From positions 33,880-97,879 of the forward strand of contig CAZDKY010000005.1 of the NCBI GenBank assembly GCA_964506505.1: a stretch of 64,000 nucleotides of DNA, in the 5' to 3' direction. The stretch is from an uncultured Syntrophomonadaceae bacterium. Its GTDB lineage: Bacteria; Bacillota; Dethiobacteria; DTU022. Of this stretch, positions 19,905 through 28,832 are shown in pieces. How positions within the stretch are numbered: the stretch's first letter is position 1; every line of letters begins with the position of its first letter. The notes under the pieces were generated by a model. That model was not told the DNA's origin. It made no database searches and worked only from the letters and a program-made list of their open reading frames with translations. The position numbers and the translations under genes are program-made.

Positions 19905-20151
19905 TTTTCAGGGCCTCTTCAAGTTCTTCTTTTTTAAATCCCTGAATGACCTGATCGTTGATCACTGTAACAGGGAAAGAACGCCTGCCGGTTAATTCTT
20001 CTATCTCAGCAAGAGCTTTTTGCTGTTCTTCACCCTGGGCCAGATCAACGTCGATAAAATCGAACTCGATATTATTATCCTTAAGCAGCTTTTTGACCTT
20101 CTTACACCAGGGGCAGGTACTCAAAGCATAAACTTTGATCACTTCCAACAC
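19894..20151 (-). CDS. glutaredoxin-like / NrdH-like small thiol-disulfide protein
   Basis: 85 aa with a CPWC active site in a thioredoxin-fold context (VYALSTCPWCKKVKKLL). Confidence 0.8.
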   Translation of the reverse strand: MLEVIKVYALSTCPWCKKVKKLLKDNNIEFDFIDVDLAQGEEQQKALAEIEELTGRRSFPVTVINDQVIQGFKKEELEEALKNEK

Positions 20152-20163
20152 CTCACTGTTTTT

Positions 20164-21759
20164 TTATTGACTGCTTAAATCGTTGTTATGCAAAACAACA
20201 AATCTGGCCGTTGAAATTATATCAAGGGCTCTGACTTTATCCAGGGCTTCCTGAGACATCTCGTGGTCGACCTGCAGGATCATCATCGCTTCACCACCGG
20301 CTTTTTTCCTTCCCAGCTGCATTGAAGCAATGTTAACCTGTTCATCACCAAGAAGAGTGCCGATCCTGCCAACTACCCCGGGCTGGTCACTGTGGGTGGT
20401 GATGAGCGTGTATTTCGCCGGGACAATCTCAATATGATAGTCATCAACCCTGACAATACGGATATCGTTGTTCAGGAGTGTTCCCGAAATATGATGTTCT
20501 TCATCCCCGGAACGAGCACTGAGGGTTACCAGGCTGCTGTAGTTTTTAACTTCAGTGGTTGAGATTTCGCGCACGGTGATCCCTCTAGCCCTGGCTATGT
20601 AAGGTGCATTGACCCAGTTTACTCCGTCACCAATGATGGGACGCAGAAATCCAATCAGGCACGAAATAGTCAAATGGCTTAACTGCAGAGAAGCTATTTC
20701 ACCGCTGTAAGTCAGCTCTATCTCCTGCACATTCCCGCCAAAGAGCTGCAAATAGAGGTTACCGAGAACCCGCATCAACGGCAGGTACGGCTCCAGGGCA
20801 GCCCTTGTTTCCGGAAGCAGAGTGGGTACGTTTACCGCCGAGACAATTGGTTCTCCCTGCAGCGCTTTCACTACCTGCTCCGCCACCTGTAACGCTACAT
20901 TGGTCTGCGCTTCACGGGTCGAAGCGCCCAGGTGAGGTGTGACAATGACATTATCCAGTTCCAGAAGGCCGCATCCAACCGGGGGTTCCTTTTCAAAAAC
21001 GTCTATAGCGGCTCCGGCGATTTTACCTTCCTGCAGGGCAGTGTAAAGAGCTTCTTCATCAATCAGACCACCCCGGGCACAGTTTACAATTCGCGCATCC
21101 GGTTTCATCATCGACATTTCTTTCGCCCCGATAATATGATGAGTGGAAGAACTGAGCGGAAGATGAAGAGTAATGAAATCAGCCAGGGCTAGCAGCTCTT
21201 CAAGAGGAACTATCTCTATATTAATTTTTTCAGCCTGCTCAGCCGATATATAAGGATCGTAACCGATAATTTTCATCCGCATCCCCCTGGCCCGACGGGC
21301 CACTTCGCTGCCAATGCGGCCGATGCCGACGATCCCGAGCACTTTACCGGTAAGCTCTACTCCCATGTATTCCGAACGCTTCCATTCGCCCTGTTTAAGA
21401 GAAAAACTTGCCTGGGCAATGTTCCTGGCCATGGAAGTCAGCAAAGCGATGGAATGTTCCGCCGCCGAAATGGTATTGCCCTCCGGGGCATTTAAAACGA
21501 CAATACCTTTTTCAGTAGCCCTATCTATATCAATATTGTCAACACCGACTCCCGCTCTGCCAATGACCTTGAGATTCTTCGCAGCATCGATTACTGTCGG
21601 AGTTACTTTAGTCCGGCTTCTTACTACCAAAGCATCATAAACTCCAATTTCCTCGAGCAGCTGCTCCGGGGTTATCTTTGGTTTAAAATCTACCTCTGCA
21701 TGCTCTTCCAGAATATTAAGGCCTTCAGTGGAAATGGAGTCACTGACTAATATTTTCAT
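20164..21759 (-). CDS. serA: D-3-phosphoglycerate dehydrogenase, long form with ACT domain
   Basis: 531 aa. GIVGIGRIGSEVA NAD-binding motif, catalytic-domain motifs, and a C-terminal ACT-like region. Confidence 0.93.
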   Translation of the reverse strand: MKILVSDSISTEGLNILEEHAEVDFKPKITPEQLLEEIGVYDALVVRSRTKVTPTVIDAAKNLKVIGRAGVGVDNIDIDRATEKGIVVLNAPEGNTISAAEHSIALLTSMARNIAQASFSLKQGEWKRSEYMGVELTGKVLGIVGIGRIGSEVARRARGMRMKIIGYDPYISAEQAEKINIEIVPLEELLALADFITLHLPLSSSTHHIIGAKEMSMMKPDARIVNCARGGLIDEEALYTALQEGKIAGAAIDVFEKEPPVGCGLLELDNVIVTPHLGASTREAQTNVALQVAEQVVKALQGEPIVSAVNVPTLLPETRAALEPYLPLMRVLGNLYLQLFGGNVQEIELTYSGEIASLQLSHLTISCLIGFLRPIIGDGVNWVNAPYIARARGITVREISTTEVKNYSSLVTLSARSGDEEHHISGTLLNNDIRIVRVDDYHIEIVPAKYTLITTHSDQPGVVGRIGTLLGDEQVNIASMQLGRKKAGGEAMMILQVDHEMSQEALDKVRALDIISTARFVVLHNNDLSSQ

Positions 21760-21926
21760 TTTTCTGCACCTCCGATAATTTCTGCATCCAATGATGTGAC
21801 TTTTATAATAGATACTATATCATATCACCGGCAGAGCTCCAACCAAATCGAGCAATTGTACCCTTTAAAACTGTGCCGGGTCCCTTAAAAAGGCCGGATA
21901 CATGACACTGAATACCCGAGATTCAC

Positions 21927-23069
21927 TCAATGAGAAGGAGAGTTGACAAGCATTATCGCCCCATGCGGGCACAGTTCCTGGCAACAGTAACAGCGGATAC
22001 ATTCATAATGTTCGATACTGGCCAGACCATCGGTTATCCTGATCACCTGGGTCGGACATGCTTCCCGGCAGATTCCGCAACCGGTGCAGCGTTCCCTGTT
22101 GACCTGTGGATAAGGCCGGCGGGCGTAAAAAAAATTTTTCAAAATAGCCACAGGGAAAAGAGCAAACAGCCGGCCCAATTTGCCGGTTGCCGCCGGTCCT
22201 CTGTCAAAATCGGTCACTTTTGCTTCTTCAATTGACAAACCGACAAGATCAATATCATCCGGATCCGCTCCGTTTAATTTAAAATTTCGGGCGGCGGCAA
22301 CGGTCGTCACCTGCTCCGGGAAAAAACCAAGGACCTCTGCCGCTACCGTATCCAGGGCAACAGGGCTGGGCGAACCCATCAACAGGCCCAGCTGCCGTGG
22401 TTTACCCCTGCGGGGGCCCGGCCCTTCCATGGCCACAACTGCATCAAGCACAGAGAAAGCGGGTTTTACTGCCAGGGATACGCCAAGAAGCAATTTGGAA
22501 AAATCAAGCGGGAGAGGATGCTCCAGGTGAAATCTTTTTTTATTGGCACCCACCACACAACCAAAAAGGTTTTTCACCGCCCCGGTCATGCCGGTCAATG
22601 AATGCGTCTTCAATTTGCCCACATTGATAACCAGGTCAACCTCGTCCAGTTCTGCCGCCAGGGGAATTGCTTTAAGACCTCTGATTGTTGATTCCACTTC
22701 TTTGATCTTTTCAAATACAAGCATTTCCGCTCCTGTTTTTTTCATCACATCTTCCAACCCGGAAACTCTGTGGGCAAGCTCCTGCCGGTCGCTGCCCGGA
22801 CTGTCACCGATATATACTTTTCCTCCCGCTTCCTGGATCATTTCCGCCAGAACCCTTACTACCAGTGGATGAGTGGTAACCGCTTCAGCCGGAGTAACAG
22901 CAGCCAGCAGGTTGGGTTTGATAAGAATCTTCTGCCCCCGGCCTATAACTGACTCGATGCCACCGAAAGGTTTAAAAATTTCCCTTAAACCCTGCCGCAC
23001 TTCCACAGGATGATAATGCCTGCAACCGGTGATAACCACTTTTTCTCGCCCTGAATTCAACCCGCTCAC
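21927..23069 (-). CDS. DUF362 domain protein fused to a 2x[4Fe-4S] ferredoxin domain
   Basis: KILIKPNLL DUF362 start motif. C-terminal CTGCGICREACP and CIRCYCCQELCP. Confidence 0.75.
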   Translation of the reverse strand: MSGLNSGREKVVITGCRHYHPVEVRQGLREIFKPFGGIESVIGRGQKILIKPNLLAAVTPAEAVTTHPLVVRVLAEMIQEAGGKVYIGDSPGSDRQELAHRVSGLEDVMKKTGAEMLVFEKIKEVESTIRGLKAIPLAAELDEVDLVINVGKLKTHSLTGMTGAVKNLFGCVVGANKKRFHLEHPLPLDFSKLLLGVSLAVKPAFSVLDAVVAMEGPGPRRGKPRQLGLLMGSPSPVALDTVAAEVLGFFPEQVTTVAAARNFKLNGADPDDIDLVGLSIEEAKVTDFDRGPAATGKLGRLFALFPVAILKNFFYARRPYPQVNRERCTGCGICREACPTQVIRITDGLASIEHYECIRCYCCQELCPHGAIMLVNSPSH

Positions 23070-23297
23070 TCCTTTCCCCTGCAGGTAAAGACGAATACGT
23101 TTTCAAATGCTTTTTGGTTTAAAGTGCCAAAACAGCAATACTTTCAATAAAAAGGCCCGCTGCCTGAGCAGCTGTGTTAATTTCACTCGGGATAATGTAA
23201 ACCATCCTCATTCTCAGTAATGATTTAAAGGCACTACCATGGAATCCCGATTAAAAAGTCCTGCCGCTGAAAATGCGTACTGTTAAAACTGGGTTTA

Positions 23298-24035
23298 TCA
23301 CAATAAGGCGGCCGCGTCACGGTCCACAATGACAGTGCAGCTGCGATGCATATGCAACAGTGAGGCGGGAACGGCAGTGGTGATTTTACCACTAACCATT
23401 TTTTGAATAGCCCGGGCCTTATTTTTTCCGCTGGCTAGAAGGATAATCTTTGCCGCATGCATGATCGAGCCCATTCCCATAGTTAAGGCCTGGTGAGGAA
23501 CCTCATCACGGCTGTTGAAAAAACGGCTGTTGGCTTCAATTGTTTCTTCTGCCAGCTCAACAAGATGTGTATAAACATCCAGGGAGTCTGCCGGTTCGTT
23601 AAAACCAATATGACCGTTTACGCCGATTCCCAGGACCTGGAGATCAATTCCGCCGGCTTCCTTGATTTTTTGTTCGTATTCCCGGCAGGACCTGACCACA
23701 TCTTCAGACGACGATTCTGGAATATTAATACGGCGCGGATCAATATTGACATGATCAAAAAAATGATGGTGCATATAGTAATAATAGCTCTGGGAATGCT
23801 CGCGAGAAAGCCCGGCATACTCATCAAGATTGAAAGTAGTCACCCCACTGAAATCAATTTTATTATCCCGGTGATAACCGGCCAGAACGGCATACATTCC
23901 TTCCGGAGTGGAACCGGTGGCTAATCCCAAAACAGCCCGTCGGTTTTGCTTAACCTGGGCGGCAACAATTTCAGCCGCTTTTTCACTTAAATCATCATAA
24001 CTGTCAACAATTCTGACATCCATTATTGAGTTCAC
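23298..24035 (-). CDS. nagB: glucosamine-6-phosphate deaminase
   Basis: 245 aa. LGLATGSTP, FNLDEY and LGIGVNGHIGFNEP motifs. Confidence 0.92.
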   Translation of the reverse strand: MNSIMDVRIVDSYDDLSEKAAEIVAAQVKQNRRAVLGLATGSTPEGMYAVLAGYHRDNKIDFSGVTTFNLDEYAGLSREHSQSYYYYMHHHFFDHVNIDPRRINIPESSSEDVVRSCREYEQKIKEAGGIDLQVLGIGVNGHIGFNEPADSLDVYTHLVELAEETIEANSRFFNSRDEVPHQALTMGMGSIMHAAKIILLASGKNKARAIQKMVSGKITTAVPASLLHMHRSCTVIVDRDAAALL

Positions 24036-24051
24036 TCCTGTCTCATCAGTA

Positions 24052-24951
24052 TCAAAAGATCTCTTCTTTTTCTTCGCTGGTATAAAAAAGGGCTCCTAGT
24101 TCGTCTGCACACCGGGAATGGGCAAGGGTTAAAAGTTTCTTTTCAGCAGAAAGACGCCCGGATTGAGCTTTCTTTTTCAGCTTTTCGAGCTTGTCTGGAA
24201 TGTCCGCTTCTTCAGCCAACCGTTTAATCCGGTCATATAGAACACGGCTGCCAGAGAGAAATTCCCCTTCATCCAAAATTTTGGAAGCCACCATGGCCTT
24301 GAAATCATGGAATCTAAGCTGCTCTTCAACTGTCTGCAGATCCTTGATCACATAGTCAATTTCTTCTTTGACGGCAGGATTCAGTAACAGGTTGTATTTT
24401 TCACGGTACAGCAGTTCGTCAAAACGGGCCAGAATTGCCGGGGACAATTTTTCAACAACGACAATTATGTCGAGGTCTGATCCCCTGACCAGCTCACCGG
24501 TGGAAGGTTCCGGCCTCGGTTCGGCATGAGCCATATTATAAACAACATCACCAGCAATGATAACGCAGGCTTGTTCCTCGAACAGCAGCCTGCTTTCACA
24601 ATTTTTTATTGTGCGGCAAATGATCTCCCGGGCCAGCTCTTTTTTACGCCTGCTGATCAGGCTGATTTCATCGGCCAGGCAGCCGGCAAGAAACACAATC
24701 TTCTCTTCATCTCCAGCCGCTCCAACGACCGTATAATTTAAGAATTCCCTCATTATTGACGGCGAAAGCCTGGCATACCCATTCACTCGTCGATCGAGTC
24801 TTAAATATCTTTTACCCACAATTTGCCGCTGCAGTTGATCCGATGCAGTACATTCCCGCCAGGCTGTGAAAGAATCCAGGCCTGATGATTCAACAATTTT
24901 TTTGCCCGTAAGGGGGCCACTCTGGCGCAGTATTCTGAGTAGCTTATTCAA
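24052..24951 (-). CDS. hypothetical protein with a possible winged-helix N-terminus and a minimal nucleotidyltransferase-like core
   Basis: 299 aa. GSDLDIIVVV resembles the GS-x-D-x-D motif of Pol-beta-type nucleotidyltransferases. 4-nt overlap with the upstream LbH gene. Confidence 0.35.
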   Translation of the reverse strand: MNKLLRILRQSGPLTGKKIVESSGLDSFTAWRECTASDQLQRQIVGKRYLRLDRRVNGYARLSPSIMREFLNYTVVGAAGDEEKIVFLAGCLADEISLISRRKKELAREIICRTIKNCESRLLFEEQACVIIAGDVVYNMAHAEPRPEPSTGELVRGSDLDIIVVVEKLSPAILARFDELLYREKYNLLLNPAVKEEIDYVIKDLQTVEEQLRFHDFKAMVASKILDEGEFLSGSRVLYDRIKRLAEEADIPDKLEKLKKKAQSGRLSAEKKLLTLAHSRCADELGALFYTSEEKEEIF

Positions 24952-25775
24952 CGCCCGCTTCTCCTGCTCAGATCGATCAGTTTCTGAGTTTGCCTGAACT
25001 TTATAATCGTTTCAGGAAAATAGTAACCCCTTGCTGTTCCATTGGGATAAAGCAGACATCCTTTCCCCAGCAGGGTCCCGGGAGAAGTTACACTGTTACA
25101 GCCAGTTTCCACTCCATCAGCCAGCACTGCCCCGAATTTGCGCAACCCCGTTTCATAAGCTTTTCCGTCGATATTAAGAACCACCGGCGTATCAGTCATC
25201 TTCAGGTTAGCAAGTTTTGTCCCGGCGCCCAGGTTAACTCTGCCGAGAATACTGTTCCCGATATAAGCAAAGTGGCCCGCCTTGCTTTCTCCAAGCATCA
25301 GTGATGATTTCATCTCCGTGGCATGGCCAACTACGCAGCTGTCGCCAACTATAACCGAGCCCCGGATGTAAGCACCCTGCCTGATTTCAGTATTATCACC
25401 GATAAAAGCAGGCCCTTTAATCAAAGCCCCCGGTTCAACAACTGTTCCCCTGCCGATGTAAATACTGTCATCCATCAGGAACGCCCCGGCATAAATAATA
25501 CTCGCTTCCTGAAGAACGGCGCCGTCTTTTTCAACCCGCAGTTTTTTACCGGTGAGATCAATATGGAAACCGTCCCTGATAGCCCGCCCGTCGTAGATAA
25601 CGGTGGTGGTGTCCACCATCTCTTTCCCTTTTCTGACCTCTCCCACATTGGGCTGCAGGGTGTCCTGGAGGAAAGGCTCAATTTTTTTCAGTGCTTCCCA
25701 GACATAATCAGTATCCTCGAATATTTCGGCAAAGGAAACTGTTCTCAGATCAAAAAAATCAGAGGCATTTAACAT
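24948..25775 (-). CDS. left-handed beta-helix (hexapeptide-repeat) protein, GlmU C-terminal-domain-like acyl/nucleotidyl transferase
   Basis: Consecutive hexapeptide repeats (IGRGTVVEPGALIKGPAFIGDNTEIRQGAYIRGSVIVGDSCVVGH...). ATG at 25775 has a GGAAGGTG RBS. A TTG at 25814 would overlap the upstream stop. Confidence 0.6.
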   Translation of the reverse strand: MLNASDFFDLRTVSFAEIFEDTDYVWEALKKIEPFLQDTLQPNVGEVRKGKEMVDTTTVIYDGRAIRDGFHIDLTGKKLRVEKDGAVLQEASIIYAGAFLMDDSIYIGRGTVVEPGALIKGPAFIGDNTEIRQGAYIRGSVIVGDSCVVGHATEMKSSLMLGESKAGHFAYIGNSILGRVNLGAGTKLANLKMTDTPVVLNIDGKAYETGLRKFGAVLADGVETGCNSVTSPGTLLGKGCLLYPNGTARGYYFPETIIKFRQTQKLIDLSRRSGR

Positions 25776-25810
25776 AATATCACCTTCCTGAAAAAAGTAG
25801 ATCGCAGCGA

Positions 25811-26326
25811 TCAAGTTTTACTGCGGCCCCGGCGCTGGTCGGCATCGCTGAGCCTGACCAAAAACCGCTCCATCCGGAATCGATTGTATCTTTGGGTTAT
25901 GATACAGGGCAGGTTGACCATCAATCCGTAACCGATCATTATCAACCCCACCTTCCATTCCACCCAGAAAAAAAACAGCAGAGCCGGGAAAAAGGCCAGC
26001 CAGTGGGTCAGTTCAGCCCGACAGGTTTCCCTGATAAACATCTTGATATACTCGGGACTTACTGAGGCCAACTTTCTTTTGGCAAAGCCGCCCCTGAACC
26101 AGTCACCCCCGTCGGGCAGGATCTGCTTCCACTTCCTGACCAAAAAAACCTTTTCATACAACCGCCCGCCCGATTCCCACCCTGCAGGCCGGTAAATCCG
26201 CAGAGATGGATCGATAAACCGATCCGGCACCTTCAGGCCAATTAAGGCTGCAGCCATGTGAATAACAAACCAGACAATGATAACCAAAATTACGGTAAGC
26301 GAAGAAGATAAATAGATAATCCTCAT
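25811..26326 (-). CDS. small integral membrane protein, CrtO-like (glycosyl-4,4'-diaponeurosporenoate acyltransferase family-like)
   Basis: 171 aa with four hydrophobic segments. The WESGGRLYEKVFLVRKWKQILPD and ETCRAELTHW motifs resemble, from memory, the staphylococcal CrtO family. 4-nt overlaps on both sides. Confidence 0.5.
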   Translation of the reverse strand: MRIIYLSSSLTVILVIIVWFVIHMAAALIGLKVPDRFIDPSLRIYRPAGWESGGRLYEKVFLVRKWKQILPDGGDWFRGGFAKRKLASVSPEYIKMFIRETCRAELTHWLAFFPALLFFFWVEWKVGLIMIGYGLMVNLPCIITQRYNRFRMERFLVRLSDADQRRGRSKT

Positions 26327-27327
26327 TCACGGCCCCTATCTCTTTCAGTCTTAATATTTCTGTCTTTCCAGGTTACGCTGTGCAAAAAGAAAGTCATAAT
26401 CAGCGAACGTATAAATGTAAAGAGGAAGAAAATCAAATCAACCGGATAAAGCAGGATATGCAGCAGGCTGAAGCTGCCTATTCTTTTCAGCATCCAGCTT
26501 ATCTGCAAGCCGTATCCCAGGTAGAGAAACAGGGCAGATGCGGCAGCGCTGCCGCCCACAGCAGAGGCAACCAGCAAAACAGTTATTGAATAAGCCCCGG
26601 TAATCCACATGGCAATAAGAATAAAACTGAAAATCCCTATGGAAAAAGCTCCCGTGCTGAAATTTTTACTCCACCCTTCCAGCAAATCACCCAAACCGCC
26701 GGGATACATACGAAAATCAATCACTCCCCGGCCACCATAACAGTTAACGGGGAAATCGCTATCCTGAAAAAGCCTGCCCAGCGAAACATCATCAAGTATA
26801 CTCCCTTTAATCTTCCTGTGCCCGCCCGCCGTAAAATAGTCACTGCGCCCGCATATAATGCAGGGACCGAAAAAAGCTTCTCCCTTTAAGCGGTTACCCA
26901 GGGGGGTGAACAGGTTGGTGCTCATCATAGTAATTATATTAAAAATAGCCGAGAGCTGCTCATAAGGCTTCCTGATTGAATGATATGGCTGGATGGATAT
27001 TGCTCCCCCTTTCTCCCCATAAGCCTGGACCATCCTCTCCAGGGCATCGGCTTCAAGGGTGGTGTCTGCATCAAGAAAGATTAGAATTTCGCCTTCTGCG
27101 GTGCAGGCTCCCTTCCAGCAGGCCCACGATTTACCGATCCAGCCTGGGGGTAGAGCACCGGCTGAGATAACCCGGCAGCCGCTGCGTGCGGCTATGGAGG
27201 CGGTGGCATCTTCGGAATTATCATCCACTACTATTATTTCTCCGGCTTTTTTAGTCTGCAACCCAATAGTCCGGAGCAGCGAGGGAAGATTTTCTTCTTC
27301 ATTCCGCGCCGGAATCACTATCGACAC
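26323..27327 (-). CDS. family-2 glycosyltransferase with C-terminal membrane helices (CrtQ-like)
   Basis: SIVIPARNEE start, VVDDNSED, and FLDADT (DxD). C-terminal hydrophobic segments. Confidence 0.8.
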   Translation of the reverse strand: MSIVIPARNEEENLPSLLRTIGLQTKKAGEIIVVDDNSEDATASIAARSGCRVISAGALPPGWIGKSWACWKGACTAEGEILIFLDADTTLEADALERMVQAYGEKGGAISIQPYHSIRKPYEQLSAIFNIITMMSTNLFTPLGNRLKGEAFFGPCIICGRSDYFTAGGHRKIKGSILDDVSLGRLFQDSDFPVNCYGGRGVIDFRMYPGGLGDLLEGWSKNFSTGAFSIGIFSFILIAMWITGAYSITVLLVASAVGGSAAASALFLYLGYGLQISWMLKRIGSFSLLHILLYPVDLIFFLFTFIRSLIMTFFLHSVTWKDRNIKTERDRGRE

Positions 27328-27483
27328 TGTATTATTGCCGGCATGATTAAAACTGTCCCTGCCTCCTCTTTCCCCTCCCTTTTGCGGAATGGGAATTTTC
27401 CAGAGCAGCCAGAAACCGCACAGCCAGAAAAAAAACCTTAAATAATAGTGAAAGTCTATAACCTGAACCTCTCTCCCTGCCTG

Positions 27484-28692
27484 TTATAGATTCGCCGGGC
27501 CGAGATAATCAAGGGCCAGACCGGTAAAAATGGCCGGTCCCATCCAGAGCACACTTTCATCGATATCAAAACGCGAGTTGTGATGGGGGTAAACGATGCC
27601 CCTGGCCGGATTGCCGGTACCAAGGACAAAATAAGCACCGGGCACCTTTTCGAAATAGTAGGCCATATCTTCGGTTCCCATATTTGGTTTTTTAACCATA
27701 ATAATATTATCTTCGCCTGCTACTCTGCTCGCTGCCGAAACGACCCATTTCACATATTCCGGATCATTAACTGTCGGCGGATAACTGTCCAGGATCTTTA
27801 CCTCCGCTTCAGCCCGGTTGGCAGCAGCAGTGGCTGTACAAATTTCCTGCAGGCGCGCTGCAACAAAGTCTCGCTCTGATGCCTCCATGGTCCGAAAATC
27901 ACCGCTGAAAGATACTCTATCGGTAATAATATTCATGGCCTCGCCGCCTTTAATCTTACCGATGGTCAGCACTACGGGGTTGAGAGGGTTAGTCTCACGG
28001 CTCACTATTTTCTGCAGGGCGAGAATTATTTCTGCCGTCGTAGTTATTGCATCAACACCGAGGTGAGGAAGAGCACCGTGCGTGCTGCTGCCTTTAATTA
28101 ATACTTCAAAAGCGGTTGACGCAGCAAGAATGGGCCCGGCACAAATACCAATCTGGCCAAGACCAACTTCAGGAAAGATCTGGCCAACATGCAGCCCCAC
28201 TGCTGCATCAACCGGAGGATCTTCGAGACAGCCGTCTGTAATCATGCGGGCAGCACCGCCGTAACCCTCTTCACCGGGCTGGAAAAGCAGTTTAATGTTG
28301 CCTTGCATCCGGGATCGATATTCTAACAAGATTTTAGCTGTTCCCAGCAGCATGGCAGCGTGAGCATCATGCCCACAGGCATGCATATTGTTGTTTGTCG
28401 AAGCAAAGGGCAACCCTGTCTCTTCCCGGATAGGCAGGGCGTCCATATCAGCGCGGAGGGCCAGTGTTGGTCCCTTGCCTGTTCCTTCAATCAGGGCTAC
28501 TATCCCGGTTTCGGCAGCTATTCGATAAGAAACACCCATTTCTTCGAGACGGCTGCGCACATAAGCAGATGTCTGGTGCAACTCAAAACCCAGCTCGGGA
28601 ATGCGGTGCAGATCCCGACGCCAACTGACAATCTCATCCTGCAAGGCAGAAGCTGCACTAATGTAATCAGCGGTTTTTTTTTCATCTTTCAT
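27484..28692 (-). CDS. M20-family amidohydrolase (N-acyl-amino-acid amidohydrolase / hippurate-hydrolase type)
   Basis: HRIPELGFEL, MHACGHDAH and FQPGEEG metal-binding motifs. ATG at 28692 is 10 nt after GGAGG; the ORF track starts at TTG 28701. Confidence 0.85.
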   Translation of the reverse strand: MKDEKKTADYISAASALQDEIVSWRRDLHRIPELGFELHQTSAYVRSRLEEMGVSYRIAAETGIVALIEGTGKGPTLALRADMDALPIREETGLPFASTNNNMHACGHDAHAAMLLGTAKILLEYRSRMQGNIKLLFQPGEEGYGGAARMITDGCLEDPPVDAAVGLHVGQIFPEVGLGQIGICAGPILAASTAFEVLIKGSSTHGALPHLGVDAITTTAEIILALQKIVSRETNPLNPVVLTIGKIKGGEAMNIITDRVSFSGDFRTMEASERDFVAARLQEICTATAAANRAEAEVKILDSYPPTVNDPEYVKWVVSAASRVAGEDNIIMVKKPNMGTEDMAYYFEKVPGAYFVLGTGNPARGIVYPHHNSRFDIDESVLWMGPAIFTGLALDYLGPANL

Positions 28693-28728
28693 CAACTGCA
28701 AACCTCCTTTATTCTCAGCAGTGTCTTA

Positions 28729-28830
28729 TCAAAATAGGGCCTTTATATCTTCCCTGGTTAGATTGATAACAGTAAAAATGCCGAGGATAGTTCCCAGCAG
28801 ATCAAGATTATGCCCATCCGTGGTATTCAT
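28729..28830 (-). CDS. possible 33-aa small protein (MNTTDGHNLDLLGTILGIFTVINLTREDIKALF)
   Basis: Not in the ORF track because it is under 60 aa. The ATG at 28830 lies 6 nt after a GAGGAGGG RBS formed by the last codons of the cyclase gene. It fills the gap between the cyclase and M20 genes. Confidence 0.3.
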   Translation of the reverse strand: MNTTDGHNLDLLGTILGIFTVINLTREDIKALF

Positions 28831-28832
28831 TT

